Of a DNA stretch of 64,000 nt, positions 39,901-52,994 are shown in pieces; within the stretch, counting starts at the first letter, position 1, and each line of letters starts with the position of its first letter. Position numbers and translations under genes: made by a program. Below the pieces are notes generated by a model that did no database searches, was not told the origin of the DNA, and was given only the letters and a program-made list of their open reading frames with translations. Where the stretch lies: assembly GCF_018977255.1 (NCBI RefSeq), contig NW_024704742.1:111354001-111418000 (forward strand), in the 5' to 3' direction. This stretch comes from Callorhinchus milii (taxonomy: Eukaryota).

Positions 39901-40410
39901 ATCACCCTATAAAGAATGAAGGACATTGCTGAATAAATCAAAATTAATCTGATGCTACATTGACTGAACTTGTTGGGATATCATGGATGCATGAAGCAAC
40001 TGAATTAATTATATAATGTGACCTGTTATCTGTTACAAGGCAGCAATACACTAAGTTATCAATATCTTCTTTGTCTTGGAATGTACGTTAAAAGTGCATT
40101 GTAAAATCCTTAGGACCATATTATTAAATGCTCTTGACACGATTTAACAATGGAAAATAGATTTCTATTTCTATCATGTGAATTGAATAGAAGATAGCAC
40201 AATTTGATTTGCCCAGGGGTAATATTGGAATTTATTATACTGAAGTGTCTTAGTCTATATAGGTTACTACAGTATGCATGCTGTCTAGAAATAATCCAAG
40301 TTAAAACAAATAGAAATATTCTTTTTGTTACAAAAGTTTTAACATGTATTTTTAATTATATTTTAGTAAATCAAGATGAATTCGTTGCTATCATGACTGG
40401 CGACATCTAA
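33940..40410 (+). CDS. CETN3: Centrin-3, 167 aa, 5 coding exons
   Basis: Exons 33940-33956, 35138-35273, 36302-36416, 37724-37915 and 40367-40410 total 504 nt. Translates [27 protein letters not shown]...[10 protein letters not shown] with EF-hand loops. Confidence 0.97.
34180..34525 (+). mobile_element. L2 3' fragment in CETN3 intron 1
   Basis: Homologous to the 14200-14410 plus 14741-14865 L2 end. Confidence 0.78.
35138..35273 (+). CDS. CETN3: CETN3 exon 2
   Basis: tttcag acceptor; ends YHELK with a GC donor (AAG|gcgagt). Confidence 0.94.
36302..36416 (+). CDS. CETN3: CETN3 exon 3
   Basis: Translates [23 protein letters not shown]...; G|gtaaca donor. Confidence 0.96.
37724..37915 (+). 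CDS. CETN3: CETN3 exon 4
   Basis: Translates [27 protein letters not shown]...DKDGDGE; A|gtgagt donor. Confidence 0.97.
40367..40410 (+). CDS. CETN3: CETN3 exon 5 (coding part)
   Basis: ttttag acceptor; [14 protein letters not shown] then TAA; candidate poly(A) signal ATTAAA at 40704-40709. Confidence 0.95.
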
Positions 40411-40791
40411 GCACCATTGTGAACAGTAGCTGCGGGAGCTCTGAACAATTCCTTGATGACATGGCTTCTTATTTACCCTTTTTGAAGCACTGGACAATTA
40501 GAGGAATATGGCATAGAAAGTTATAGGAGAAAGCAGTAAGAATTACTACTTAATACAGAAGTACTACTTAATACAATGACAGAACAACAGAAAAGTGACA
40601 TTGTTTCAGAAAGACAACTTTGAACTAGTTTTACTATCTTTGCTACAAAACTGTTTTGTATTTTTCAAGTATATAATTACTTTGTACGTTGTTTTGAAAT
40701 CCCATTAAAACATCACTTGTATTGTAAATTAGGTTATACTATACCTCAGTATGAAAATATTATAAAATTATGAGACCAGTCCCATTGATTT

Positions 40792-41471
40792 TTTTAAGGG
40801 GTAGAGGTAAGAAGACAATGATTTTACAAGATACAGTACATTTTCATATTATTACAAATGATGCATTTTTCATACAAAGGTAGTTTTAATTCTTTTGTTA
40901 AGTGAATTCTCTAGAACTTTAGAACTCACTGATGTTAACTCTACTGCTAACAGTTTGCTTAAGAGCTGGAGACAGCTGTAAACCTCAGGGACTATACACA
41001 GAAGCAAACATGAAGTGTTTTATGTCTGACTGGGAGTCATAAACCTCAACCAGCTAATATAGTTCATAATTTTCTTGCTGTACAACCTACGTGTTTTGCA
41101 AAGGGAGGTAGGGAGCTTTGGCTTTTTTGAGTAAGCCTCTTTGCAGACTATGGAATGACTAAGATACCAGCAATTAGTGAGTACAATGTGTCGTGTTTAT
41201 CATTTTGTGGTGAAGCAGAAATTTTTTATGTGATCATTACATTCATGATCTGATTTTTAACAAAAAGTAGACCAGCCCTAGACTATATAGAGGTCTGTCT
41301 AATGCTGCAGTGGATTCTTATGTTGTGGGCAGTCTGTATGATTAGGGTCCTTTCGCATCTCTATTAATGGTATCTTCCAGAGGAACTTTATTAACAATGT
41401 ATTTTCCCCCTTCCAATGGCATAGGGATCATCTGACAGTTAATGTGTTGGATTTTGTTGACCTTGGTGATT
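40792..41471 (+). repeat. 680-bp local direct duplication, copy 1
   Basis: Near-identical to 46241-46920, about 15 substitutions by eye. Confidence 0.95.
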
Positions 41472-41754
41472 GCTGCAGTGGATTCTTATGTTGTGGTGTT
41501 AATTGTTTCTTTTTTGTTCATATCCTTAGAATACTTTGGTTTCTCAAAGAGAGAGGCATGATCCCCTAGCCCAATTTAAAAGGCAGGAAAGGGATGATAA
41601 ATAAAAACTTTCTGCCAAAAAATATTTCCTCTAACCTCCCCATAACAATTCATTTGACAATTCTGACTTTATGTCCCTTGTCGACAATTCACCACCCAGT
41701 AGAAATAATCTTTTTATAATAATCATCTCATTTGATATCTTGCTTTATGTCGAA

Positions 41755-42280
41755 ATCACTCCCACCCTCGCTCGCCTCCACTGGCTCCCCATCCCCCAGA
41801 GGATTGATTTCAAGATCCTCATCCTCACCTACAAGGCCATTCACGGCCTTGCTCCCTCCTACCTCTCCAACCTACTATCCCCCTACCTACCTGCCCGTAC
41901 CCTCCGTTCCTCCGGCTCCGGTCTGCTCCACGTCCCCCGCCCCAACCGCCCTACCATCGGTGGTCGGGCCTTCAGCCCCGAGGCTCTGGAACTCTATCCC
42001 CCAGTGCCTTCGCCTTGCTTCCTCCCTCTTCTCCTTCAAGGCCAGTCTCAAAACCTTTCTCTTTGACCGAGCCTTCAGCTCCCCTCTCGACTCTCTTCCC
42101 CCTTCTCGCTCCCTCCCATCCCTCCCCTCACCCTGACCATTTCCCCCCTCCTCGCTCCCTCCCCTCTCCTGACCATTTCCCCCCTGCTCGGGTCATGACC
42201 CAACTGTGCAGCGCCTTGGGACGTCCTCCTGACGTGAAAGGCGCTTTATAAATGGAATCTTGTTGTTGTTGTTGTTGTTG
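41755..42280 (+). mobile_element. Young L2 3' fragment
   Basis: ITPTLARLHWLPIPQRIDFKILILTYKA in ORF 41671..42066; (GTT)n tail. Confidence 0.92.
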
Positions 42281-42665
42281 AAATGCATCAAAGCTCTTAA
42301 CAACATTCACTCCAGTGTAGTGAATATTTGTAGGCGGACATTGCAGCCAATCTGCACACAGCAGTGTCTCACAAACAAGCCTTGAAATGAATGAACCAAT
42401 TTTATTTGCAGTATGTTGGCCAAGACACCAGGAGAAAATCTTTTCTCATTTAAAATCATACCATAGGATCTTTCCTGAGCAGGCAGACAGGACCTCAGGT
42501 TAACGTCTCATCTGAAGCACAGCACCACTGACAACATTGCGTAGCCTCAGCAATGCACTGATGATTAGGAGCTCAAAGACTGATAAGATTATGTGCTTAA
42601 GGTTCCGACGATTACAATTTATCCTTTCAAAGTTTCTAACAATTTTGAATACCTCTATCGTATCG

Positions 42666-42981
42666 TGTAGTTCTGTAGCTCAGTCGTCAGAGCGCTCGCC
42701 TCACATGCAAGAGACCTGGGTTCGATTCCCAGCAGATTCAGGACAAAACTTTGGGCAAGTTTCCTTACTCCACACACCTGATAATAATCCCTCAAGAAAA
42801 AAACAATAATAATTTGGTCACTTCAATCCAAGACTGTTTGTTGGACACTGCTGTGCACAATTTGCTGCCGCGTTTCGCCCACAAAAATGCAGTCAATTCA
42901 CTTTACAGTATATTCTGTGAAGCGCTTTGAGACGTCGAGAAGATGTGAAAATCGCTATATCAAATTCAAGGATTATTATTA
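42666..42981 (+). mobile_element. tRNA-derived SINE
   Basis: A/B boxes, body, (TTA)n tail. Confidence 0.88.
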
Positions 42982-42999
42982 TCCCATATTAACATTCTA

Positions 43000-44292
43000 C
43001 AGTAAACTCCGGATAATCCGTCACTCCAAGGGAGAAGGGCTCAATGAGGGCTTGTTATGTGGAGGGATGTGTTAGGCATAAGATCTCCTGAGCCACAAGG
43101 GGACACTGACTGGCTTGGCAGAGGTTGGGTGCACATGCTCAGATGCATCCCAGACGCCTCTGGTCTATCACAGGGGAAGGCGGGGGCCTCACCGCAGCCC
43201 TCCACTAGACCAGAGGCTTCTGCGATGCATGTAAGTGTTCTCCCAACCTCTGTCAAGTGCCCGCACATGTCACGGGATAGTGCGGGAGGCCTCTGAGATG
43301 CAAGACACCATCTTATAGCACAAGTTATCCAATCAAGTTGACATTATGAGTACAGTAGAAGCCCGGTTTGCGGTCACCTCAGTAATCCAGACACCTCACA
43401 ATTGTGGGCACATTTTCAGTCTCTTTCATTGTCAATGTTAAAAGATAGGCTGTCGGCTTCAGTAAACCGGGCACCTCACTATTCAGGACAACGGTCATTG
43501 ACTGCGGCCGCTACAGCACCATCCTCCGCTTCAAACGCGGTACAAACACCCCCCTCCATTACTAACCTGTACAGTACACAGTGCGCTAGGCCTCGGGCTT
43601 CTTGCCCTGTTTCCTCGACGCTGCTGCTGTGGGCAGAGTGAGCTCCGGGTTGGGCATGTGCAGCGCAGGGAGTGTTGGGATAGCGGAAGCAGCGCGAGTG
43701 GCAAGTTGACTTCGCCCGGCGCCTGCAGCCTAACCTGAGCTCCTGCGGCCAATTCTTGGTAAGTGCTGTAAATGTGCCACATGGAAAGAGTTGTCCTTAC
43801 ATGAGATTGTGGACTTAATCAAACACAGTAAGGGCAAAAGTCATAGACAGTTAGCTGTGAGCTATGGCATTGGCAGAACACAAGTTGGATGCATTCTCAA
43901 AAGGAAGGCTGAATTCTCAAAAGGAAGGCAGAATACATGACAGCTTTTGTTTTAAGTGTGACAATGCCTTTATTTTAATGAGATTGTAAACTAAGGTTGT
44001 TGAATGTTCATCACCTTCGCCCATTACCAATGCCCTTAACATTACATCAGTGACCTGAAACACCCGACCTGTTTCAATAATCAGGTCACCTCAATAAGTA
44101 GGTCACTTTTACCCAGTCACTTGAGTGACTGGATTGGTGAGGTTCTACAAGAATTTCCAGAATCCAATGAGTTTCGTGCTAAGCTGGGTAACAAGTAATA
44201 TTAATGTTTTGCATAGGCCAGGATATTGACAGCACGTCTATTAAAGTGGCTGTGACAAGTTAGCTCAAGGTCGAATTATCCAGAGTTTACTG
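43000..44292. mobile_element. Non-autonomous pogo/Tigger-type DNA transposon with a second Tigger-type element nested inside (~43353-44148)
   Basis: Terminal inverted repeats CAGTAAACTCCGGATAATCC and GAATTATCCAGAGTTTACTG, each flanked by TA. The inner element starts TA-CAGTAGAA and encodes a CENP-B-like HTH remnant KELSLHEIVDLIKHSKGKSHRQLAVSYGIGRTQVGCILKRKAE (~43785-43913). Confidence 0.85.
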
Positions 44293-44779
44293 TACTTTCG
44301 AAAATTTACTATTACTGTGGAAATGGCACTGACTTTTCAAGCCTATCACATGTTTAAGCCATCAACCCCAGGAACCAAAAACATAGATTGTAACCCACTA
44401 AGACTTCAATGTCCATTTAATAATGGGGCATCTGGAATTACATGTGGTACTCAATTGCCGCTTACCGAACAATTTCAAATAAATTCACTCTCTTGCTGTA
44501 TATCCTAGTTATCCTATACCTACGGTTCAACTGATCTTAGTGTATTTGCTGAAGCTTTAAATGTCATCTTTAAAATAACATCACAACGGTTGCAGATGAT
44601 ATAGCTGAGCAAATGGCGGGCGGAGATGTGTTCAGCACATAGAGGTCTAGCAGTGGGAAGTACAAAGCGGGAGAGAATTCATGAATTCTAAATGTTTCCA
44701 AGAGAGCTAGAGGGCTGACTGCACCATTGTTTCCTTTAAACCAAATTGCAACAATACAAAAATAGCTTTTTGATTGCTA

Positions 44780-44793
44780 TCACCAGGTGGCAC
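44780..44793 (+). promoter_or_regulatory. Candidate CTCF site
   Basis: TCACCAGGTGGCAC matches 13 of 14 positions of CCASYAGRKGGCRS. Confidence 0.4.
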
Positions 44794-45663
44794 TCTTTCT
44801 CCAGTTTTCAAAAGGATGTGAACAATTTTGACTGATAATTAAGTCACAGTTAATACTGATCCTATTACATCTTTATTTATCATTTGACTGCAGGAAAATA
44901 TCATATAATGCAAAGCGGCATTTTGAAAATGTCAGAGGTCACAATGTGCCAGGGCAAAAGGCATGTTGAGTCAGAAAACTTGCCCAAGGTTTCACCCGGC
45001 TGGGAATCAAACCCAGGTTTCTCGCTTGCGAGGCAAGTGCTCTAACCACTAAGCTACTGATCATTAGTAGTAATGATTACTAATTATTACAAATGATTTC
45101 AACACTGAGTTGTGGTCTAACTCCCTACAAATTATCTATTGTTAAAACATTTTTTAATGTGAAAATGGTGGTTTGTAACACAGTATTATAACTGCAGTCA
45201 GTTGTAAGAGCAACTTGAGTAAACTGGGGAGCGGAAGAATATATAATGTAGTTTCTAGTGTGTCTGAGTTTTTTTCTCCATTAATATCAGACTAACTCAA
45301 AGCCTTTTACTTCTTGAGAAAATGTGCAAGTATGAAAATAGCTTCAAGCCAAAGGTTTATCTCAGGATTTCATAAGTGTGGTCTGGGAACTGTGGAACTA
45401 TTTTTCTGTTTCCACATTTGTGAATCTATAAGAGAAAATGTGAAATTAATGACTATTGTCACAGGAAGCAGTGAGACATGAGAGATATCTAACCAACCTT
45501 ACTTGAGATTGCAGTGCTTCCCTTGACATAACTTATTTAACATCACGTAAATGGGACATAATGGATTTAAAGCTTTTTTGGTGGAAGTACTGTACTCACG
45601 TACGAATGGCTTTCTTGTGTTTTGTGCTGCAGCTTGGAATAAAGAGCTATAAATTAATTCACA

Positions 45664-45921
45664 TAATAATAATAATAATCCTTGCATTTGATATAGCGCT
45701 TTTCACGTCGGGAGGACGTCCCAAAGCACTTCACAGAACACACACTGTAAAGTGAATTGACTGTATATTTGTGGGCGAGTGGCAGCCAATTGCGCACAGC
45801 AATGTCCCACAAACAGTCGTAGATTGAAAATGACCAATTTATTATTGTTTTTGGTTTTTGGAGGGATTATTATTAGGCGTGTGGAGTAAGGAAACTTGCC
45901 CAAGGTTTCGCCCTGCCTGGA
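45664..45921 (-). mobile_element. SINE, 5'-truncated
   Basis: Body and tail of the same family; a separate head-only piece lies at ~44976-45058. Confidence 0.82.
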
Positions 45922-46240
45922 ATAATATTCTGTCCAGAGGTCACACTGAGTGTCCATTCTCACCACATTGACTTTGCTGAGTGATCACTATCTTAGCACA
46001 ACCTATACAGAAAATCCAAATCACATTTGTTTGCTACTTATCAGTTTGACGTACCCAGCTTTTGGGAGAATGTTTACAGAGGCAGAAAGTGTTTCTTGTG
46101 ACAGAAAATGCAAGCATTTAATTGTTCACAGCTTACACCCAATTTAGTCCCTAATTGTAAATGATCTTTGTTTGGTACTGTAATTGTTCTTTCAAGCTGA
46201 TGAGAACTTATCTATCCTTTTCTTAAAACTATTATTTTAA

Positions 46241-46920
46241 TTTTAAGGGGTAGAAGTAAGAAGACAATGATTTTACAAGATACAGTACATTTTCATATTA
46301 TTACAAATGATGCATTTTTCATACAAAGGTAGTTTTAATTCTTTTGTTAAGTGAATTCTTTAGAACTTTAGAACTCACTGATGTTAACTCTACTGCTAAC
46401 AGTTTGCCAAAGAGCTGGAGACAGCTGTAAACCTCAGGGACTATACACAGAAGCAAACATGAAGTGTTTTATGTCTGACTGGGAGTTATAAACCTCAACC
46501 AGCTAATATAGTTCATAATTTTCTTGCTGTACAATCTAAGTGTTTTGCAAAGGGAGGTAGGGAGCTTTGGCTTTTTTGAGTAAGCCTCTTTGCAGACTAT
46601 GGAATGACTAAGATACCAGCAATTAGTGAGTACAATGTGTCGTGTTTATAATTTTGTGGTGAAGCAGAAAATTCTTATGTGATCATTACATTCATGATCC
46701 GATTTTTAACAAAAAGTAGACCAGCCCTAGACTATATAGAGGTCTGTCTAATGCTGCAGTGGATTCTTATGTTGTGGGCAGTCTGTATGATTAGGGTCCT
46801 TTCGCATCTCTATTAATGGTATCCTCCAGAGGAATTTTATTAAAAATGTGTTTTCCCCCTTCCAATGGCATAGGGATCATCTGACAGTTAATGTGTTGGA
46901 TTTTGTTGACCTTGGTGATT
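46241..46920 (+). repeat. 680-bp local direct duplication, copy 2
   Basis: Near-identical to 40792-41471. Confidence 0.95.
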
Positions 46921-49900
46921 TTCTTATTTGTTATTCATTGCAACATTGTAATAGTGGGAATCATAGATAGAATTAAATCAACATATGTACAATACATTTT
47001 ACATTTGACACACTTTAACCTATTACATCATCAAACTTCTCAAACGTTTTGCAGGATTTACTGAAAAGTGTAGTGACTGTATTTGTAGGCAAATGTGGTA
47101 GCCAATTTGCTGCACCCAGAAATGTCCCACAAACAGCCAGTAAGTGAATGTGATAGGAATGACTGGCCAGAAATAATAGAACTGAACACATTGAAGAGGG
47201 AGCCTATATCTCCGCCTATACAGAAGTCAAGGGAGAAGACATGTTGCCTGAATTTTTACAATATTCCAGAAATAAAATTAACAAGTCTCTACTGAGACTA
47301 GAGATGAGAAGATTCCACCCCCACCACCACATAAGAAACTCCCTACAATAGCAGTTTTGATGAATTCCTTTGAAAATTAACTGGCTAAGTAGCCAGCAGG
47401 GAGCAGTATTGGGACATAAAAGAATATAAGCGTACAATGAGTCCTAGCCAACAATCCCACAAATAAAATTGTTCATTCACTATATGGCTGTTTGTGGAAT
47501 GTTACTTTGCAAATTTGCTGCTGTAATTGCCTACAAAAATACACAGTCACTGCAATTTACAGTATATCTTGAGATGTTGATGGGTAAGGTGCTATTCAAA
47601 TGATCAAAAGCAAGGATTATTATAAACATATCCTATAAACGCAATGGTTCTTGGGCGTTGTTAAAGGGGAATAGGGAAGAATTGTATGTGAAGGGTAGCA
47701 GGCTAAAGTTTAATAGAGGACAGTTAAAAATTCTCAAGGTTTTGGTTGTGGTCCACACCACCTCGTCTTTGCTAGTATGGCCATTTTTCTTAGGATCATA
47801 CAGAATTGTGGAAAATTCTTAAATTCAGACTTAGTTTGGAAGCCAAAACAGTTTTTCAAGATGGTTTTCCTAAGTTCTTTTTAAGACCTGTGGAAAATTG
47901 CGTTCCAAATATATACCTAATTTAAGAATTCTCCAAAATTCTGCATTATCTTACATTTTAAGATAATACTCGTTACCGTGAAGATTTGAGCCTCAAGCAA
48001 GGGCAAGATCGTGCTCAAGTTTGAGGCTCTTGGTGGTGGATTGGCTTGCCAATATTTACTATTGAGGTTCACACATGAATAATAGATACTTGGGCAATGT
48101 ACCCAAGGGCAGCAAGCCAACAATGGAACTGAAAAGGGAGGAAGCAAAATTGGAGGGAGTAGGGAAGAACATTAAGAAAAGCTATTATTCTCTTATATGT
48201 TATTCAGTAGAAGAAAACATACTTTCCTCATGCTGGTAGCAAAATACTCCCATATCCCATGGGCATGAAATTAAGCACTTTGAGAAAGTATTTATAAAAC
48301 ACTCTATAAAATAATTAACAAAGGATAAAATTAAAATCTAATTTTTTAAAAGTCAGCAATTGTGACATTAGCCATTGTAAGGAACGTACAAATATGATGA
48401 ATCCTTGTTTTGCTTTGTATTCCCATGGGAGTAAAATCTGAGTAAGCATCATAGCCCTGGGAGTAAAGTGGGACATTTGATGCACTTCCACATGGATAAC
48501 AGCACTATATAACATGTGAGCACACTTTACGTTATCTTTTGATTGATAGCCCATATCTGCCCTTCTTAAGGGAAACTGCCAAGTGTGTGATACAAAGGGT
48601 GGATTAAAGGGTAAAATGTCAATTGTCCTTAGGTTAAGGTTTAACTCCCAAAAGACCCTGCAATATGACTGTTCTACATTATGGTTTATCTCTTAATCTT
48701 TACACAACAATAACTATTTGAATATATTTGAAAGTAAAATTATCCAATATGTTACCTAATCTTGTTGTTTTTGTTGTAATCTGATCTTTGTGAATCTGAA
48801 CCTTTTTAATATGTTCATTCGTTGACCTATTTTTGTGTATGTGAGTTGACAGCTACTTCTTAATACATGTTTGTTCTCTGTAGACTCAAGAGTGAGCATC
48901 TTGAAGATTAGAGACTCACTACTGGAGCTCCTTTTAAAGATGTAGTGTGTTCCTGGCATCCACACAAACCTTTTAAAATCAATCCGTTAAAAAGAATTGT
49001 GATCAATTTTAATATTCATTTGTTTTTTCTGTTACTTTTGTCACATGTTCTCTTTAAACAATAAGTGTTAATGCACCATTGTGGTACTGGGATTGGTGGA
49101 GTTACCATGGTATAATGGAGAAGAATTAGCATATGTAGTTGAAATGACAAGAGATTGAAGCATCCTGCACTAATGACTATATCTATGCTAATGCTAATTC
49201 ATCTCTCACATTGACAAATTCAATAACTATGGCAAGTAAAACTCCCCCAATAGTATCATCACGCATACAAATATACTTTATAAATTTTATTAAAAGATCA
49301 AAAAAGGGTGCTGAGCTGTGTTTATATTGGCTCAGAAGGAGCATTGCAAGTCTAAATGAAACAACACTGTTACCTCCAGAGGCATGTTCCCAGGCAACAA
49401 CTGCCAGACAGCAAGGAAAAGGGGCTCTGCTCCCACTGCTTCTGGATGTGAAAGCTGCAAGTTTTTATGTCACTTTCTTTGCTCAGCCACATGTCTGTCT
49501 CTCTGACACATGTGGAAACCCATTACCGTACCTAAGAAAAACCAAAGCAAACTATTGAGAATTCCTCATAGAGTATGTATGATTCCTGTTTGTTTGGTAT
49601 GGAGTGTTGAACATTCTGAGATGCAGCCCGGTGTTATATAAGTGCAAGTTGTTGTTGTTGTTGAATGGTGCTTACATAATCCTGGTGAGTTTAGGTGCGG
49701 GTTGGCAAGAACCAAGGGTTGGGGACTTATCCTTCCATCTGCCTGTTCAGCTGGATATTCAAATTCCCATGAAACTACAGATCAATATTTGAAAAGACAA
49801 AGTAGTTTTCTCAGTGTTCTGGCCACTTATCCTCCAGATTAATCAAGCATTCACCTAATGACTGGTTTGTGCTGCCTTGCTGTGTGCGAAATAGCTGCTT

Positions 49901-49929
49901 TATTTGCCTATAAAAACATTCTTGACACA

Positions 49930-51040
49930 CAACAACAACAAAATTACGTTTATAGAGTGCCTTTCAGTTGGGAGGACGTCCCAAGGCGCTGGACAGTCAG
50001 GGTTCAGGACCCGAGCGTGGGGTAGGGGTGTGGGAAGGCAGAGAGGTGGGAGTGCGACTGAAGGCACGATTGAAGAGGAGGATCTTGAGAACGGCCTTGA
50101 AGGAGGCAAGGGAGGAACTGAGGCGAAGGGACTGTGGGATGGAGTTCTAGAGTGTGGGGGCAGAGAGGATGAAAGCTCGGCCACTGATGGTAGGGCGGGT
50201 CAGGCGGGAGACATGGAGCAGGCCAGAGCCCGCTGAACGACGGGAGTGGGCAGGTTGGTAGGGAGTCAGCAGGTCAGGGAGGATAGGGCAAGGCAATGGG
50301 TGGCCTTGAAAGTGAGGACAAGGATCTTGAATTCGATCCTCTGGGGGATGGGGAGCCAGTGGGGTTGGGCGAGGGTGGGAGTGATAGGGTTGCGGAGCCT
50401 GGTGCGCGAGAGTACATAAGCTGCAGAGTTTTGGATGATCTGCAGCTTGTGAAGGGAAGAGTTGGGAAGGCGGATGAGGAGGGAGTTTCCATAATTGAGC
50501 CTTGATGTGACGAATGTGTGGGTGAGGGTTTTGGTAGCCTGAGGGATGAGGCAGTGGCGGAGTCTGGCAATGTTGCGGAGGTGGTGGTAAGCAGTGCTGG
50601 TGTGGGGGAGAAAGGACAGTATAGGGTCAAACAAGACACCCAGGTTCCTGACTGGCTTAATGAGGTTGAGTGTGCAACCATGGAGGCTGATGCTGCCAGC
50701 GCCTGAGGTGCGGAGGCACAGACACGAGCCAATCAGGAAGGCCTCCGTCTTGCTGACGTTCAGTTGGAGAAAGTTGTCCCTTGTCCAGGTCTTGATGTCG
50801 GACGGGCAGTCGGTCAGTACGCCAGTAGCCCTGCAGTTGAGGGTGGAGGAAGAGAGATAGAGTTGGGTGTCATCCGCTTCCATGTGGAAATTTACCCCAT
50901 GTCTGTGGATGATGTCACCAAGGGGGAGCATGTACAGGGTGAAGAGGAGGGGACCGAGGAGAGAACCCTGAAGAATGCCGCACAAGATGGTGTGGGAGCT
51001 GGAGGAGAAGCTGTTTGCAGTGACGAGGTGGTGTGAAAGA
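49930..51040 (-). mobile_element. L2 LINE, 5'-truncated, reverse transcriptase C-terminal half
   Basis: ORF 50266..50985: QGSLLGPLLFTLYM...EADDTQLY...HWLPIPQRIEFK; L2 tail. Confidence 0.93.
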
Positions 51041-51044
51041 TAGG

Positions 51045-51470
51045 ACCTGACTGCACTGGCTACCTGTACCAGAGAGGATCGACTTCAAGATCCTCACTCT
51101 TCTCTTCAAATTTCTCCATCCCTCTGCACCCTCCTACCTCTCTAACCTCCTCTCTCCTCACAACAGTGCCTGTTGCCTTCACTCCACTGGGTCTGGCCTC
51201 CTCTTTGTCCCCCGAATCCTCCGCTCCACCATCGGCAGCCGTGCCTTCAGCCCCTATGCCCCAAGACTCTGGAACTTTCTTTTTCACTCCCTTCGCCTCG
51301 CCCCCTCTCTTCCTATTTTCAGGTCTCGGCTGAAGACCTTTCTTTTCGACTGCGCATTTGGTCACCTTCTACCCCCTCCCCATGGCTTGGCCCCGGGATC
51401 CGTTATTGTGAAACGCTCTGAGACGCCGTCCGGCGTGAAGGGCGCTATATAAATCCAAGTTGTTGTTGTT
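51045..51470 (+). mobile_element. L2 LINE 3' fragment
   Basis: LHWL..RIDFK-type coding remnant, 3' UTR and (GTT)n tail; same subfamily as 14411-14740. Confidence 0.88.
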
Positions 51471-51499
51471 GAGCAGCAAGTCAAATGCATTATCATCAT

Positions 51500-51945
51500 G
51501 TGGAGTTCTGTAGCTCAGTGGTTAGAGCACTTGCCTCACAAGAAAGTGGCTGTAGTTAAGCTTTCCTACAGGTGTAACAAAGTGTAGCACTGTATTTCAG
51601 TGGTTAGAGGATTTGCTTCCCAACTGAGAGACTTGGGTTCGATTCCCGGAAGAGCAAAATGTTGGGTACGTTTCCTTACTCCACACGCCTCTGTTTACCC
51701 AGGAGTAAGTAGGAACCCAGTTATTAGTCTATTGGCGGATCACTTTTCCGGGGGTAATAATTCCTAAATATGGTCACTCAATCCATGACTATTTGTGGGA
51801 CACTGCGGTGTGCATTTGGCTCTGCGTTTCGCCCACAAAATACACAGTCAATTCACTTTACAGTTTATTCTGTGAAGCGCTTTGAGATGTCTCAAAGACG
51901 TGATAAGCCTCTATATCAAATGCAAGGATTATTGTTACTATTATT
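51500..51945 (+). mobile_element. tRNA-derived SINE with a partly duplicated head
   Basis: tcagtggttagag occurs twice (~51515 and ~51597) before one B-box, body and tail. Confidence 0.82.
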
Positions 51946-52994
51946 ACCATTGGAGGCATCACTGATGTCAGCAGATATTCTTCCCTGGATTGTAATGAGA
52001 CAAGTGCTTACTGCCCCAATGTACTAATACTGTTTCTCTATAAACTCTGTTTCCTATTCTCTGAATTAGATATTTTTGCTTCTTGCACGAGCAGTGTCCT
52101 GACCTGTGATACAAACTGATCAGCAATACACTAAGCAAAAACTGATAAGGAGTGCACAGATATTATGAAATATACGACAATCATCAGGGCACACACAAAT
52201 AGATTGGTACAATAAACACAGCTGCATAAAAATTATTGTTTGTAGTATTCATTCTGTTAAATATACAGGCTCTCACGTTAATATCAGTTTATATGAAGTA
52301 TACTTGAAGTAGCACTAATTGAAAAGCATCATCTTATACAAATGGATACATTTCAAGGCAAGTTGTTGGTTTGGTTACATAACATCTTTGTTTTTGTTAC
52401 TGGTCCAAGCCTTGCAAATGAACAACGGTCTTTTCACGAAAATCAGATTCTTTCTTGCATTGTTTCTAAAAAAATTCTGAATTACAAAGATTTACAAAGC
52501 ATGTACAGCACGGAAACAGGCCACTCAGTCCAACTAGTCCGTGCCGGTGTTTCTACTTCACATGTGTCTCCACCCATTCCTTTACTCCCTCTTATACCTT
52601 TCTATTCCCCTGTCCCTCATGTGAAGCTCTAGCTTTCTTTTGAATGCATCTTTAATATATATCTTTCAACAAAGGATAGAAATGGTTTCATGTCAAGACT
52701 TATGAACACAGGAGCAAATTTCTTTTAAAGTTGAAATACTTTGTAATCAAATTCTCGTGTTTCCCTGAGCAGTGCCAGGGACTCTCTCTTCTCCACAGCT
52801 GCTGAAATCCAAGGTTCATTGTCAGCAATCAGATTCTTCTCTCAGGTATATTACTACAGATGCCTCTCCGGAGTGTCTGTTTTTTGGAGCGTGCAGCATA
52901 TTAAAAATTGTGAGCAAAGCCTTGACTGTCCAATGCCCTGGGACATCCCCCTGACATGAAACGTGTCATATAAATGCAATTTGTTGTCGCTGTT

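Noticed and set aside
50266..50985. 239-aa reverse-transcriptase-like ORF as an active or domesticated gene
   Set aside because: 5'-truncated L2 with YADD changed to EADD and an early stop.
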